From Candidatus Latescibacterota bacterium (GTDB lineage: Bacteria; Latescibacterota; UBA2968; UBA8231), in the NCBI GenBank assembly GCA_965221775.1, contig CBDCSU010000004.1:576001-640000 (forward strand): DNA of 64,000 nt. The letters run 5' to 3'. The notes under the pieces were generated by a model. The model worked only from the letters and a program-made list of their open reading frames with translations. It was not told the origin of the DNA and did not search any database. This document shows, piece by piece, positions 1 through 9,766 of this stretch (positions within the stretch are counted from its first letter, which is position 1; every line of letters begins with the position of its first letter). A program made the translations under genes and the position numbers.

Positions 1-233
1 TGCAGCCACTTCTCCCAGCAGCGGAAGACCAACTCCACCTCGACCGAAGGCTCCATGGTGACCAGCTCGTCCCGCTCGAGGATCCCGCGGGCGGAGTGCC
101 CCCCGGTCAGACCGGCGAAGTAGATCCTCAGGTCCCCACCATTGAGCTTCTCGGTGACGAGGGCCGAGAGAGTGGGATGATCCCCACCATAGTAGTAGGT
201 GAGGCGACCTCGCTCCTTGACGTTGAAAGCCAT
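1..233 (-). CDS. hypothetical protein (3' part runs off the window)
   Basis: ATG at 233 after a strong SD (GGAAGGAGAGGAG); open frame MAFNVKERGRLTYYYGGDHPTLSALV... to the window edge; directly downstream of the FAD oxidoreductase. Confidence 0.7.
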   Translation of the reverse strand, partial: MAFNVKERGRLTYYYGGDHPTLSALVTEKLNGGDLRIYFAGLTGGHSARGILERDELVTMEPSVEVELVFRCWEKWL

Positions 234-246
234 CTCCTCTCCTTCC

Positions 247-3123
247 TCAGGCCAGGGCCTCGGTCAGTACCTCGGCCCAGTGGCGGGCCTTGCGGCCCGT
301 GGCGTCGGCGATCTGATGGCGACATGAGGTGCCGGCCGCGGCGATCTCTGCTCGCGGATCCCCTGACACCACCTCGAACAGACGCTCCCGGCCGACCTCC
401 AGGGAGACATCGTAGTGCTCCCGTTCGTACCCGAAGCTGCCCGCCATTCCACAGCAGCCGGAGGGGATCTCCTCTACCTGGTACCCGGGAGGAGCAGCCA
501 GCAGCTCGAGCGTGTCCTTGGTGTTTCCCAGCGCCTTCTGATGGCAATGGCCGTGGAGCAGGATGCGTCTCTTCAGGTCCGTGAAGTCGAGCGTGGATCC
601 GCCCTCGGTGCGCCCGACGAGGAACTCATCGAGGAGGAATAGATTGCCGGCCACGCTGCGGGCGGCGTCGGCGTCCTCGGCGAGATCGAGGTAGTCGTCG
701 CGGTAAGTGGAGGCGCAGCTGGGCTCGACAGCGACCACGGGCCAGCCTCGGTCGGAATACTCCGCAAGAGCCTGGAGGTTCGCCGCGGCACGGCCCTTCG
801 CCTCCCTGAGAAATCCCTTCGAGATCAGCGGGCGCCCGCAGCACAGTCGACGCCGGGGCAAGACGACGTCGAAGCCCGCCGACTCGAGCAGGTTCACCGC
901 CGCGCGGCCGACCTGGGGATCGTTGTACTCGGTGAAAGTGTCGTTGTAGAAGACGACGGTGCCCCGGCTCCCGCCACCAGTGGGGGAACGCCCGCGGAAC
1001 CAGCGGGAGAAGGTGGGGCTCGCCAGGGCCGGCATGCGGCGTCGGCGATCGATGCCGAGGAGGCGATCCATCAGCCAGCGGCTCGGCCTGGCGTGCATGA
1101 GGGGGTTTGCCAGCCGGGAGATGGGGGCCATCCAGCGATTGAGCCGGTCGATCCGCGCGAAGAGGTGAGAGCGGAGGGGATAGCCGTGCCGCTGGTGGTA
1201 GCGGGCGAGGAATTCGTACTTGAGCTTGGCCATGTCGACGCTCGATGGGCACTCGGACTTGCAGGCCTTGCACTCGAGGCAGAGGTCCATCGCCTCGTAC
1301 AGATGGTCGCTCTCGAGGCCCCCGGGCAAGCGGCCGCTCAGGGCGGCGCGCAAGGCGTTGGCGCGCCCGCGGGTGCTGTGCTGTTCCTCGAGAGTGGCCA
1401 TGTACGAGGGACACATGGTACCCACGAGCTTCTTGCGGCACTGACCGACTCCGGAGCACATCTCCACGGCCTGCTGAAGTCCACCGGCCTCGTCGTAGCG
1501 GAACCAGGTCGCCTCTTGCACCTCCGGGTAGCCGGTGCCGTAGCGAAGGTTGGCATCCATCGGTGGGGGGTCCACGATCTTGCCGGGGTTCAGAACCCCG
1601 TCCGGGTCAAAGGCCGCCTTGACCCTGGCAAAAGCCCGGGGCAGGCGGGGGCCGAACATCTTCTCGATCCACTCGCTGCGGGCCAGGCCATCCCCGTGCT
1701 CGGCCGACATGGCCCCTCCGTATTCGAGAACCCAGTCGCTCATCCGCTCCTCGAGGGCCCGAAGGGTGGCGATGCCGTCCCTCGCCTTCAGGTCGAGAAC
1801 CGGGCGGATGTGAATGACGCCGACACTGGCGTGGCCATAGTAGGTAGCCTGTGCCACTCCCTGCTCGGCCATGAGCGACTGTACGCGGGCGATGTACTCC
1901 GGCAGATGCTCCACGGGCACACTCGTGTCCTCGACGCCTGCTGTCGGCTTGGCGTCCCCCTTCAGACCCATCAGCAGACCGAGTCCCGCCTTGCGCAGAT
2001 CCCAGATGTCCTTCTGCTCCTCGGGCGTGAAGGCGCGTACGTAGGCATACCCGAGCCCTGCACCTCTCAGCCTCGCCTCGAGGTCCTCGCATCGGTCCCG
2101 GAGCTCCGCCTGGCTCTCCCCGTAGTACTCCACGCAGAGCAGGGCTTCCGGATCCCCCTGGAGGAAGCCGCGCCGGGACTGGTAGGACAGCTGGCCCCGG
2201 GTCTGGTCCATCAGCACGCGATCCATCAACTCCGAAGCCGCCGGAGCGGTGCCCACCGCGTGCAGGTTGGCCTCCATCGCCTCCACCAGATCCTCGAAGT
2301 GACAGGCGACCACGACGCTGCAGAGCGGCCGCTCCACCAGGCGCACCTTGGCTTCGACAACGGCGCACAGGGTCCCCTCGGAGCCGACGACGATCTTGCT
2401 CAGGTCGAAAGGGGCCTCAGGGGCGGTGAGGGCGTCGAGGTTGTAACCGGACACCCTGCGCATCACCTTGGGGAAGCGCTCTTCGATCTCGGCGGCGTAG
2501 TCGTCCACAACCCGCCGTACCTCTCGGTAGGCGCCCCCTTCGATTCCGGGGCGCCGAAAACGCTCCTCGAGCTCGGATGAGGCCAGGGGACCGAGGGTGG
2601 CTGTAGAGCCGTCGCTGAGCACGACTCCAAGCTCCAGCACATGATCGACCGTCCGTCCGTGGATTATGGAGTGAGAGCCACAGGAGTTGTTGCCGATCAT
2701 GCCGCCGAGGTTGGCCCTGCTGCTGGTGGACACATCCGGACCGAACTGCAGGCCGTGGGGTGCCACGGCAGCATTCAACTCGTCGAGAACGACGCCGGGC
2801 TGCACCCGGGCCCACCTCGCCTCGGCATCTACCTCCAGGATGCGGTTCATGTGCCTGGAAAAGTCGATCTGCAGGCCCTCGCCCACCGTCTGGCCGGCGA
2901 GACTGGTGCCGCCTCCGCGCGGCAGGACGGGGACTCCCCTTTCCCTGGCGGTGCGGATCGTATGGGAGACATCGTCGACCGAGCGCGGCAGCACCACCCC
3001 GGCCGGGGCGATCTCGTAGATGCTCGCATCCGTCGAGTACAAGGTCCGGGCCAGGGCATCGAGGCGGACCTCGCCTTCGATACCGGCTGCGATCGCCTCC
3101 TCGATGTTGCCTGTCTCTCTCAA
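247..3123 (-). CDS. FAD-binding/(Fe-S)-binding oxidoreductase (GlcD-GlcF fusion, YdiJ/D-2-hydroxyacid dehydrogenase-like)
   Basis: PRGGGTSLAGQ FAD motif, EHGDG motif, CSGVGQC..CPS and CLECKACKSECP Fe-S motifs, CCG domains. Confidence 0.9.
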   Translation of the reverse strand: MRETGNIEEAIAAGIEGEVRLDALARTLYSTDASIYEIAPAGVVLPRSVDDVSHTIRTARERGVPVLPRGGGTSLAGQTVGEGLQIDFSRHMNRILEVDAEARWARVQPGVVLDELNAAVAPHGLQFGPDVSTSSRANLGGMIGNNSCGSHSIIHGRTVDHVLELGVVLSDGSTATLGPLASSELEERFRRPGIEGGAYREVRRVVDDYAAEIEERFPKVMRRVSGYNLDALTAPEAPFDLSKIVVGSEGTLCAVVEAKVRLVERPLCSVVVACHFEDLVEAMEANLHAVGTAPAASELMDRVLMDQTRGQLSYQSRRGFLQGDPEALLCVEYYGESQAELRDRCEDLEARLRGAGLGYAYVRAFTPEEQKDIWDLRKAGLGLLMGLKGDAKPTAGVEDTSVPVEHLPEYIARVQSLMAEQGVAQATYYGHASVGVIHIRPVLDLKARDGIATLRALEERMSDWVLEYGGAMSAEHGDGLARSEWIEKMFGPRLPRAFARVKAAFDPDGVLNPGKIVDPPPMDANLRYGTGYPEVQEATWFRYDEAGGLQQAVEMCSGVGQCRKKLVGTMCPSYMATLEEQHSTRGRANALRAALSGRLPGGLESDHLYEAMDLCLECKACKSECPSSVDMAKLKYEFLARYHQRHGYPLRSHLFARIDRLNRWMAPISRLANPLMHARPSRWLMDRLLGIDRRRRMPALASPTFSRWFRGRSPTGGGSRGTVVFYNDTFTEYNDPQVGRAAVNLLESAGFDVVLPRRRLCCGRPLISKGFLREAKGRAAANLQALAEYSDRGWPVVAVEPSCASTYRDDYLDLAEDADAARSVAGNLFLLDEFLVGRTEGGSTLDFTDLKRRILLHGHCHQKALGNTKDTLELLAAPPGYQVEEIPSGCCGMAGSFGYEREHYDVSLEVGRERLFEVVSGDPRAEIAAAGTSCRHQIADATGRKARHWAEVLTEALA

Positions 3124-3242
3124 GAGGGCACTGTCCGAGGGGCGGCGACGACTCTCACCGCCGCCGCAACTGGCAAGGCACAGCGCTCTGCGCGTCCCTT
3201 ACCGGCCACCTGACCCGATCCTGACCAAGAAACCGGGCAAAA

Positions 3243-3289
3243 GCGCAATATTTTGGTTGACACCTGGTGAATACCCCCATATCTTGTGA
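3243..3289 (+). promoter_or_regulatory. tandem NrdR-box-like operators (3243-3258 and 3274-3289)
   Basis: GCGCAATATTTTGGTT and CCCCCATATCTTGTGA match the core of acaCwAtATaTwGtgt; 31-bp offset, a typical NrdR-box spacing. Confidence 0.6.
3257..3285 (+). promoter_or_regulatory. sigma70 promoter
   Basis: TTGACA-N17-TATCTT. Confidence 0.75.
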
Positions 3290-3291
3290 CC

Positions 3292-3366
3292 TACCACGTG
3301 GTAATGCGCGCAGTAGAGGGGGCTTCCGGGAGTAAGGGGAGATCGCGGAAGTCCCCCATTTTTTTT
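3292..3366 (+). ncRNA. candidate small RNA or leader RNA between promoter and terminator
   Basis: Bounded by a near-consensus promoter and an intrinsic terminator; no credible protein-coding ORF inside. Confidence 0.4.
3318..3366 (+). terminator. intrinsic terminator upstream of zapA
   Basis: 11-bp stem GGGGGCTTCCG/CGGAAGTCCCC, 17-nt loop, followed by T8. Confidence 0.75.
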
Positions 3367-3410
3367 GCTGCCGGAACTCTCCACCCGCATTCTGGAGCCG
3401 TTGCGTCGTT

Positions 3411-3740
3411 ATGTCCGGCAAGGAAAGTACGATCGTGACGATTTTCGGGCATCAATACCGAATCGCCGCCGATGCTGCCGACGCGAAGCACGTGGAGACG
3501 GTGGCAGGCCTTCTGGACAGCCGCATGCGGCGGATCACTGCCTCGACCCAGAGAAAGGTAGCCTTGGAGGCCGCCATCCAAGCAGCGATGGAGTTTGCCG
3601 ACGAGGTGCTGAGGGCGCGGGAGGAGCGTGACCGGTTGCTGAAGGGTGCGGATGAGCATTTCAGCCGCTTCACCCGCAAGCTCGGAGACGAAGCATCCAC
3701 GGACCTGCTGGCCGAAGACCCGCCAGCGCCCCGCTTCTAG
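3411..3740 (+). CDS. zapA: cell division protein ZapA
   Basis: VTIFGHQYRI N-terminus, VAGLLDSRMRRI, AAMEFADE, C-terminal coiled coil. Confidence 0.85.
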   Translation: MSGKESTIVTIFGHQYRIAADAADAKHVETVAGLLDSRMRRITASTQRKVALEAAIQAAMEFADEVLRAREERDRLLKGADEHFSRFTRKLGDEASTDLLAEDPPAPRF

Positions 3741-3802
3741 CTTCCCCCCCGGCCCGGCCCAGAGCCCACCGGCCACGGTCGCTTGCCGCTGCCTTCACCC
3801 CT

Positions 3803-4321
3803 TCAGATCGGGTGAAGGATCATCGACATCTCCCTGCCTTCCATCTGTGGCAACTGGTCGACGGCGGCTACATCCTCCATCTTCTTCGCCACATCCTCCA
3901 TCACCTCCCGGCCCCGGTCGCGGTAGGCCATCATGCGCCCCAGGAACCGCATGCTGACCTTGACTCGATATCCGTGACCGATGAACTCGCGGATGTGTCC
4001 GAGGCGGTACTGAAGGTCGTGCTCGGAGATGTACATCTTGATGCGCACCGTCTTCATCTGCACGTTGTGTTGCTTCTTGCGCGCCTCCTTGGCCTTCTTC
4101 TCCTTGTCGTACCGGTACTTGCCGTAGTCCATGATGCGACAGACCGGCGGGCGCGCCTCTGGGGCGACTTCCACCAGGTCGAGGTCTACCTGCTCGGCCA
4201 TCTGCATCGCCTGAGAGGTGTCGATGACGCCGACCTGCTCTCCGTCGGCGCCGATCAGGCGAACCTGGGGGACCCGGATGGAGTCGTTGATTCTGGTGAA
4301 GGACTGTTGCTGTTTGGCGAT
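3803..4321 (-). CDS. infC: translation initiation factor IF-3 (ATC start)
   Basis: RINDSIRVPQVRLIG, DLDLVEVAP, PPVCRIMDYGKY motifs; GGAGG 8 nt upstream of an in-frame ATC. Confidence 0.95.
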   Translation of the reverse strand: MAKQQQSFTRINDSIRVPQVRLIGADGEQVGVIDTSQAMQMAEQVDLDLVEVAPEARPPVCRIMDYGKYRYDKEKKAKEARKKQHNVQMKTVRIKMYISEHDLQYRLGHIREFIGHGYRVKVSMRFLGRMMAYRDRGREVMEDVAKKMEDVAAVDQLPQMEGREMSMILHPI

Positions 4322-4466
4322 GGGCGTTGCCTCCGCAGGAGTCGTGGATGGATATAGGGGAAGGGGAATATAGCCGCCCGCGATGGGAGCGAGCAACATG
4401 CACGCGCCGCCCGGGGGCGTCTCCGGGGCCGCACTCCGACGGCGCCAGGAGAGTTGGAGCATAGGG

Positions 4467-5489
4467 ATGCGGGAGTACGACGTGTACGGCATCGGACATG
4501 CCCTCGTGGACCTGCAGTTCTCCGTGGAGGATTCGCTGTTGCGCGAGTTCGGGATCCCCAAAGGGGTCATGACCCTCGTCGATGAAGGGCGCCGCCGAGA
4601 GATCATCGACCGGCTCTCCAATCCGGTGAACCGGGCCTCCGGCGGCTCCGCCGCCAACACGGTGATCACCGTGGCTCGCTTCGGGGGACGGGCCCGCTAT
4701 GCCTTTCAGGTGGGAGAGGATGATTGGGGCCGATTCTACCGGGACGACTTGACCGCAGCGGGTGTCGACAGCAGTCCCGCCTGCCGGGTCCCGGGCGAGA
4801 CGGGGCAGTGCCTGGTGATGGTCACGCCCGACGCCGAGCGCACGATGCAGACCTTCCTGGGCGCAAGTGGCACCATGGGGCCGCACCAGGTGGACGCCGA
4901 GAACATCGCCGCGAGCCGCTTCGTCTACCTCGAGGGATATCTGCTTGCCACGGAGGTGGGCTTCCGGGCCTGTCGCCTGGCATCCGCCATCGCCCGGGAA
5001 GGGGGTGTCGAGGTTTCCCTCACCCTCAGCGATCCCTCCGTGGTCGAAGCCTTCCGGGACCGTTTCGAGATACTCGCCGCCGACGGGGTGGACCTCCTCT
5101 TCTGCAACGAGGAGGAGGCCGCCGCCTTCACCGGGGTCGGCGACCGCCAGGAGGCCATTCTGAGACTCCTTGACCTCTCCTCCCGGGTCTGCGTGACACT
5201 GGGTGCCGGGGGAGCTCTGACCGCCGAGGGAGGCTCCCCTCCCCGCCTTGTGCAAGGAGTAGAGGCCCGGGCCGTGGACACCACCGGAGCGGGCGACACC
5301 TTCGCCGGGGGCGTGCTCTACGGGTTGGCCCGCGGGTTCTCGCTCAAGGAGTCGGCGAGACTCGGAAATTACGCCGCCGCCGTGGTGGTCTCGGTCTTCG
5401 GACCACGGCTCGGGATCGGAGTGGGCCCGCTCGTGGACGAGATTCTCCAGGACCGGGCACCACCCCCCGCCGCCTTGATCACGGGATGA
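4467..5489 (+). CDS. PfkB-family carbohydrate/adenosine kinase
   Basis: YDVYGIGHALVD, SGGSAANT and DTTGAGDTFAGG signatures. Confidence 0.9.
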   Translation: MREYDVYGIGHALVDLQFSVEDSLLREFGIPKGVMTLVDEGRRREIIDRLSNPVNRASGGSAANTVITVARFGGRARYAFQVGEDDWGRFYRDDLTAAGVDSSPACRVPGETGQCLVMVTPDAERTMQTFLGASGTMGPHQVDAENIAASRFVYLEGYLLATEVGFRACRLASAIAREGGVEVSLTLSDPSVVEAFRDRFEILAADGVDLLFCNEEEAAAFTGVGDRQEAILRLLDLSSRVCVTLGAGGALTAEGGSPPRLVQGVEARAVDTTGAGDTFAGGVLYGLARGFSLKESARLGNYAAAVVVSVFGPRLGIGVGPLVDEILQDRAPPPAALITG

Positions 5490-5499
5490 GGAAGGCCAG

Positions 5500-6456
5500 A
5501 TGAGGATACTCGTTTACTTCGACTTCACCGCTGACCAGATCGACGAGCTCGTGCAGTTGGCCCACCGCCATGGCGACCACGAGGTCGTGGTCGCCGGGGA
5601 CGCGTCCTCCGCCGAAGACCTGGCTTCCACCGCCGAGGTGCTTCTCGGCCACTTCCCGGAGTCCGTGGTCGCCGCGTCACCGGGGCTGAGGTGGATCCAG
5701 TCCCACAGCGCCGGCATGGATGGATTCCTCCATCCCTCCGTGCTGGAGCGCGAGGAGGTGGTGGTGACGAACATGGCCGGGCTGTACGCACCTCAGGGCG
5801 GGGAGCACGCCTGGGCCCTGCTGCTGGCTCTCACCCGCGGTCTGCTACCGTCGGTCCGGAGCATGGTCGACCGCCGATGGCGAGGTGGCAAGACCTTCGA
5901 GCTCGCCGGGGGTACTCTCGGACTGGTCGGCCTCGGGGGCTTCGGGTTGGAGACGGCGAAGCGAGCCGCCGGGTACGACATGACCCTGCTGGCCCTGGAC
6001 CCCGTCCGTCTCGACCCGCCGGAAGGCGTAGAGGAGGTGCGCCCACCCGAGCGGGAAAACCTGATCTGGCTGCTCTCGGAGTCGGACGCCATCGTCGTCT
6101 GCTGTCCCTTGACCGAGGAGACGAGACACATGATCGGCCCGGAGGAGCTCGCTGTGATGAAGCCCTCCGCCTACCTCATCTGCGTCAGCCGGGGCGGCAT
6201 CATCGATGAGAGCGCCCTTATCGAGGCGCTGCGGACGGAGGGGCTCGCCGGGGCCGGGCTCGATGTCTGCGAGAACGAGCCCCTCCCACCGGACAGCCCG
6301 CTGTGGGAAGCGCCGAATCTGATCCTGACCCCGCACTGCGCCGGCGCATCCCAGCACCGCCCGCGCAAGACCTTCGAGTTCTTTCGCGACAACCTCGGGC
6401 GCTATCTGCGGGGGGAGCCGCTGGCCAACGTCGTGGACAAGCACAAGGGCTATTAG
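5500..6456 (+). CDS. D-2-hydroxyacid dehydrogenase
   Basis: GLGGFG Rossmann motif, RGGIIDE, GAGLDV..EPLP, TPHCAG. Confidence 0.9.
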   Translation: MRILVYFDFTADQIDELVQLAHRHGDHEVVVAGDASSAEDLASTAEVLLGHFPESVVAASPGLRWIQSHSAGMDGFLHPSVLEREEVVVTNMAGLYAPQGGEHAWALLLALTRGLLPSVRSMVDRRWRGGKTFELAGGTLGLVGLGGFGLETAKRAAGYDMTLLALDPVRLDPPEGVEEVRPPERENLIWLLSESDAIVVCCPLTEETRHMIGPEELAVMKPSAYLICVSRGGIIDESALIEALRTEGLAGAGLDVCENEPLPPDSPLWEAPNLILTPHCAGASQHRPRKTFEFFRDNLGRYLRGEPLANVVDKHKGY

Positions 6457-6542
6457 CGCGCCGCCGGATGGCCGGGCCCCGCCGCGTTCCCTCAACGCGA
6501 CCGAAACCCCTGCGATGCTACAGGAGCGTCGCGCCCCTGGCC

Positions 6543-7349
6543 TCAGAAGCCGATGGAGCGGACATACTCCCGCATGGCGGTGCTGCGCCGGCTCTCGCTG
6601 ACCGGATCCTCGCCTTCGTACGCCGGCTCCCCCGGGCAGCAGGTCACGACACGGTCAAAGCCGATCTCGCCGAGGGCCCGCATCACCGAGGGAAAGTCGA
6701 CCCCCTGCGCTTCCCCGACCGATACCCACTTCGGATGGTAGCGCCCCTCCTCGTCCCTTGTACAGGAGGAGTAGTCCTGCAAATGGACGTAGTTGAGCTG
6801 GGAACGGAAGTCGTGCAGCGATGCCACGGGGTCGTAGCCCCAGAGCTTGGCGTGGGAGACGTCGATGCAGAGACCGGTTCTGTTCACGCGGCTCATGTAC
6901 AGCTTCCAATGACCGATGGAATCGACCAGGCAGTTCGTGTGGATGTGGTAGCTGATCTCGAGGCCCAGGCCGGCAGCGTACTCCGCCCAGGTCTCGGCCC
7001 CGTCGGCGGCGGCGAGAACGTCGTCGTCGGTGACCTCCCGGCCCTCGGGCTTGCCCCCGTTCATGAACATGAAGCAGTCGGCGCCCATCTCGGCGGCGAA
7101 CTCCATTCGCCGGCGGTTGCGTTCCACCATCTCCCAGCTGCGGTGGTCCGGGGTCCCGGCCGCGGTATAGACGGCCATGGGCATGCCCGCATCTTCGCAC
7201 ACCCGTCGCAGACGGCCTGGCGGTCCGAGCCAGTCGAGGGGAAGCCGCCCCTCCCAACCATCCCAGCCCGCCTCCTTCAAGGCCGCCAGGGCCGCCGGGA
7301 GGTCCGGATTGCGCCAGCGCAGCGTGCTGTAGCAGATGCTCAACCCCAT
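6543..7349 (-). CDS. sugar phosphate isomerase/epimerase (xylose isomerase-like TIM barrel)
   Basis: YHIH, IDVSH, YVHLQD, GxGVDF motifs of the IolE/AP-endonuclease-2 family. Confidence 0.8.
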   Translation of the reverse strand: MGLSICYSTLRWRNPDLPAALAALKEAGWDGWEGRLPLDWLGPPGRLRRVCEDAGMPMAVYTAAGTPDHRSWEMVERNRRRMEFAAEMGADCFMFMNGGKPEGREVTDDDVLAAADGAETWAEYAAGLGLEISYHIHTNCLVDSIGHWKLYMSRVNRTGLCIDVSHAKLWGYDPVASLHDFRSQLNYVHLQDYSSCTRDEEGRYHPKWVSVGEAQGVDFPSVMRALGEIGFDRVVTCCPGEPAYEGEDPVSESRRSTAMREYVRSIGF

Positions 7350-7405
7350 GGAGATGATCCCCTTTCCGCCTCCACGCCGGCAGCCACCGGGCAGCGAAGA
7401 CGAGC

Positions 7406-9766
7406 GTGATGGAAGGTCCCGGCAGCGGCGCCGGGGGCCTGACGCGCGGTCAGGCGACCCGGGCCCGGCAGGCGTTCATAACCGCCGGCGGCCTCTGGGG
7501 GGTCTGGAGCCAATCCGTGGGGATCGGCACCGCCGTGTTCACCGGCTACGCCCTCCACCTCGGCGCCGATGCCTCCTACATCGCCCTCTTCACCTTCGTG
7601 GCCTACCTGTTGGCCACCGTGCAGCTTCTCATGCCCGTCCTGGGACGGTACCTGGGGCGGAAGGGCGTCATCATCTCCGTGGGCATGGTGGAGATCGCCC
7701 TGCGGAGCTCCCCACCCCTGGTTCCCCTGCTCTTCGCGCCGCCCATGCAACTGCCGGCGCTCATGGTGCTCGTCGGACTCGGCCTGCTGTGCGGCTACTC
7801 CCTCTCCCCCTTCTACAACACCTGGGTGGCCAGTGCCGTGCCCGGCAACATACGAGGCCGGTTCACGAGCCGCCAGACCATCGTCAGCACCCTCGTGGCC
7901 ATGGTCGCCGGATTCGCCATCGGCGGATTCATCGACGATTTCGGGGCGGCGGGCAAGCAGGTCCGGTTCCACATCGTCTTCGCCGTGGGCGCGATCTTCG
8001 GCTGGCTCGGTTATATCCGGCTGAGTCGAGCCTCCTACACCGACGGCAACGAGGCAGACCGGGGCGACGAAGGGGACGGCCTCGCCCGCCTGGTCGAGCC
8101 CTTCCGGAACGGGAACTTCCTCCGGGCGGTGCTGTTCTTCGGATTCTGGACCTTCGGCCTGAGCATCGCCCAGCCCCTGTACAGCGTGTTCATGCTCGAT
8201 CACCTTGGGATCTCCTACAAGACGATCGCCATCTTCAACGCCGCCTTCATGCTCACCAGCATCCTCGGATACCGGCTGTGGGCGAGCCTCGTCGACCGTT
8301 TCGGCAGCAAGCCCGTACTGCAGATCCTGATGCTTCCCGCCACCTTCCTGCCCGTGCTGTGGGTGTGCAACGCTCCAGGTGCCTACACCATGATCCCGGT
8401 GGCTCTGGTCCTCTCCGGCGTCCTGTTCTCGGGCATCCTGGTGGCCGTGACCCCCCTCCTCTACGGGCTGGCGCCGGCCGGCGGTCCACGCCCCTACTAC
8501 CTGGCCTCCTGGTCGGCGACGGTGAACCTGATGGGCGCCCTCGGCGCCCTGGCCGGCGGGATCCTGGTGCGCGCCCTCCGCGACGTGAGCTTCCAGATCG
8601 AGGACTTCCCCATCGGCCACCTGCAGATCATCATGCTCTTGAGCGCCGTGACTCGGATCCCGTCGATCCTGCTCCTCGGATTCGTCTCCGACCGCAGCTC
8701 GATCTCTTCCCGCCACCTCCTGTCCCACCTCTTCCGAGGCAACCTGCTCAGCTACACTTTCAACACCGCCGTCTACACCATGGCCCGGCAGGAGCAGCGG
8801 CGGGCCCGGGCGGCTCTCGCCCTGGGACGGTCGGGAAGTCCGCTGGCCATCGAGCAGTTGATCCAGGCCCTGGCCGACGCCAGCCCCGTGGTGCGCCGGA
8901 GCGCCGCCCGCGCCCTGGGAGAGACCGGCTCCGCCCAGGCCACCGACTCCCTGGTGCGGGAGCTCCTCGACGGCGAGTCGGACATCCGCTCGGAGGCAGC
9001 CGAGGCCCTTGGCCGCCTCGGCCACCAGAGCGGCGTCGACCCCCTGGTGGAGGCCCTGGACGACGAGGATCCCCGGGTTCGCATCAGCGCCATCCGCGGC
9101 CTGAGCGAGATCGGCGGGGACGAGGCGCGGGAGCTGTTGTTCTGGTACTTCGGAGAGCACCTGGATGACCCCGTCGCCTTTCCCACCCTCGTGGATGTCC
9201 TCAGTCACATGGGCGACCACCGGGTCGTGCGGCCCACCCTGCAGCGGCTCGGCCGCTTCCGCTCGGCGGCGGTCCGCCTGCAACTGCTGAACAGCGTCTG
9301 CTACGCCCTCGGAGCCGGTGGCGAGTTCTACCGCCTGCTGTCACAGGAGGAGTCCCAACGCCCCTCATCCCTGGCCCGGCGGTTGCGGCGCCTGGAGAAC
9401 TCCCTCGCCCACAGCCCCGCCCTCGACAGGGGGATGCGCGAAGAAGCCCGCATGGCTATTCGGAGCATGGCCCGGGCCGTCGACGCCGAGAACCTGGATG
9501 CACTGGAGGAATCCGCCCGCCAGCTGGCCGGGGCCGTCCGGGATGGTCTGTCGGCGGCAGGGAGGCCCCCCTACGAGGTGCTGTCCGTCTACCTTGTGAT
9601 CCTCGCCCTGGAGACCTTCCTGGCCAGCAGGGGCCGCTCCGATCTGACGGCGGCTCGGGAGATCTTCGTCATCGTCTGCCTGGGCCGCATGGGCCGGCTG
9701 GTGCGGGAGCTGGACTTGCCGGGCTCCTCACCCGGCCCGAGGGACCGGCGGGGGCAGCCCCCCTAG
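7406..9766 (+). CDS. MFS transporter fused to a C-terminal HEAT-repeat domain
   Basis: About 12 hydrophobic segments with DRFGSKP motif, then repeated L.D....VR..AA.ALG units. Confidence 0.85.
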   Translation: MMEGPGSGAGGLTRGQATRARQAFITAGGLWGVWSQSVGIGTAVFTGYALHLGADASYIALFTFVAYLLATVQLLMPVLGRYLGRKGVIISVGMVEIALRSSPPLVPLLFAPPMQLPALMVLVGLGLLCGYSLSPFYNTWVASAVPGNIRGRFTSRQTIVSTLVAMVAGFAIGGFIDDFGAAGKQVRFHIVFAVGAIFGWLGYIRLSRASYTDGNEADRGDEGDGLARLVEPFRNGNFLRAVLFFGFWTFGLSIAQPLYSVFMLDHLGISYKTIAIFNAAFMLTSILGYRLWASLVDRFGSKPVLQILMLPATFLPVLWVCNAPGAYTMIPVALVLSGVLFSGILVAVTPLLYGLAPAGGPRPYYLASWSATVNLMGALGALAGGILVRALRDVSFQIEDFPIGHLQIIMLLSAVTRIPSILLLGFVSDRSSISSRHLLSHLFRGNLLSYTFNTAVYTMARQEQRRARAALALGRSGSPLAIEQLIQALADASPVVRRSAARALGETGSAQATDSLVRELLDGESDIRSEAAEALGRLGHQSGVDPLVEALDDEDPRVRISAIRGLSEIGGDEARELLFWYFGEHLDDPVAFPTLVDVLSHMGDHRVVRPTLQRLGRFRSAAVRLQLLNSVCYALGAGGEFYRLLSQEESQRPSSLARRLRRLENSLAHSPALDRGMREEARMAIRSMARAVDAENLDALEESARQLAGAVRDGLSAAGRPPYEVLSVYLVILALETFLASRGRSDLTAAREIFVIVCLGRMGRLVRELDLPGSSPGPRDRRGQPP

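Noticed and set aside
3741-3802. 6S RNA downstream of zapA (common synteny)
   Set aside because: Only about 60 nt separate zapA from the convergent infC, too short for a ~180-nt 6S RNA.
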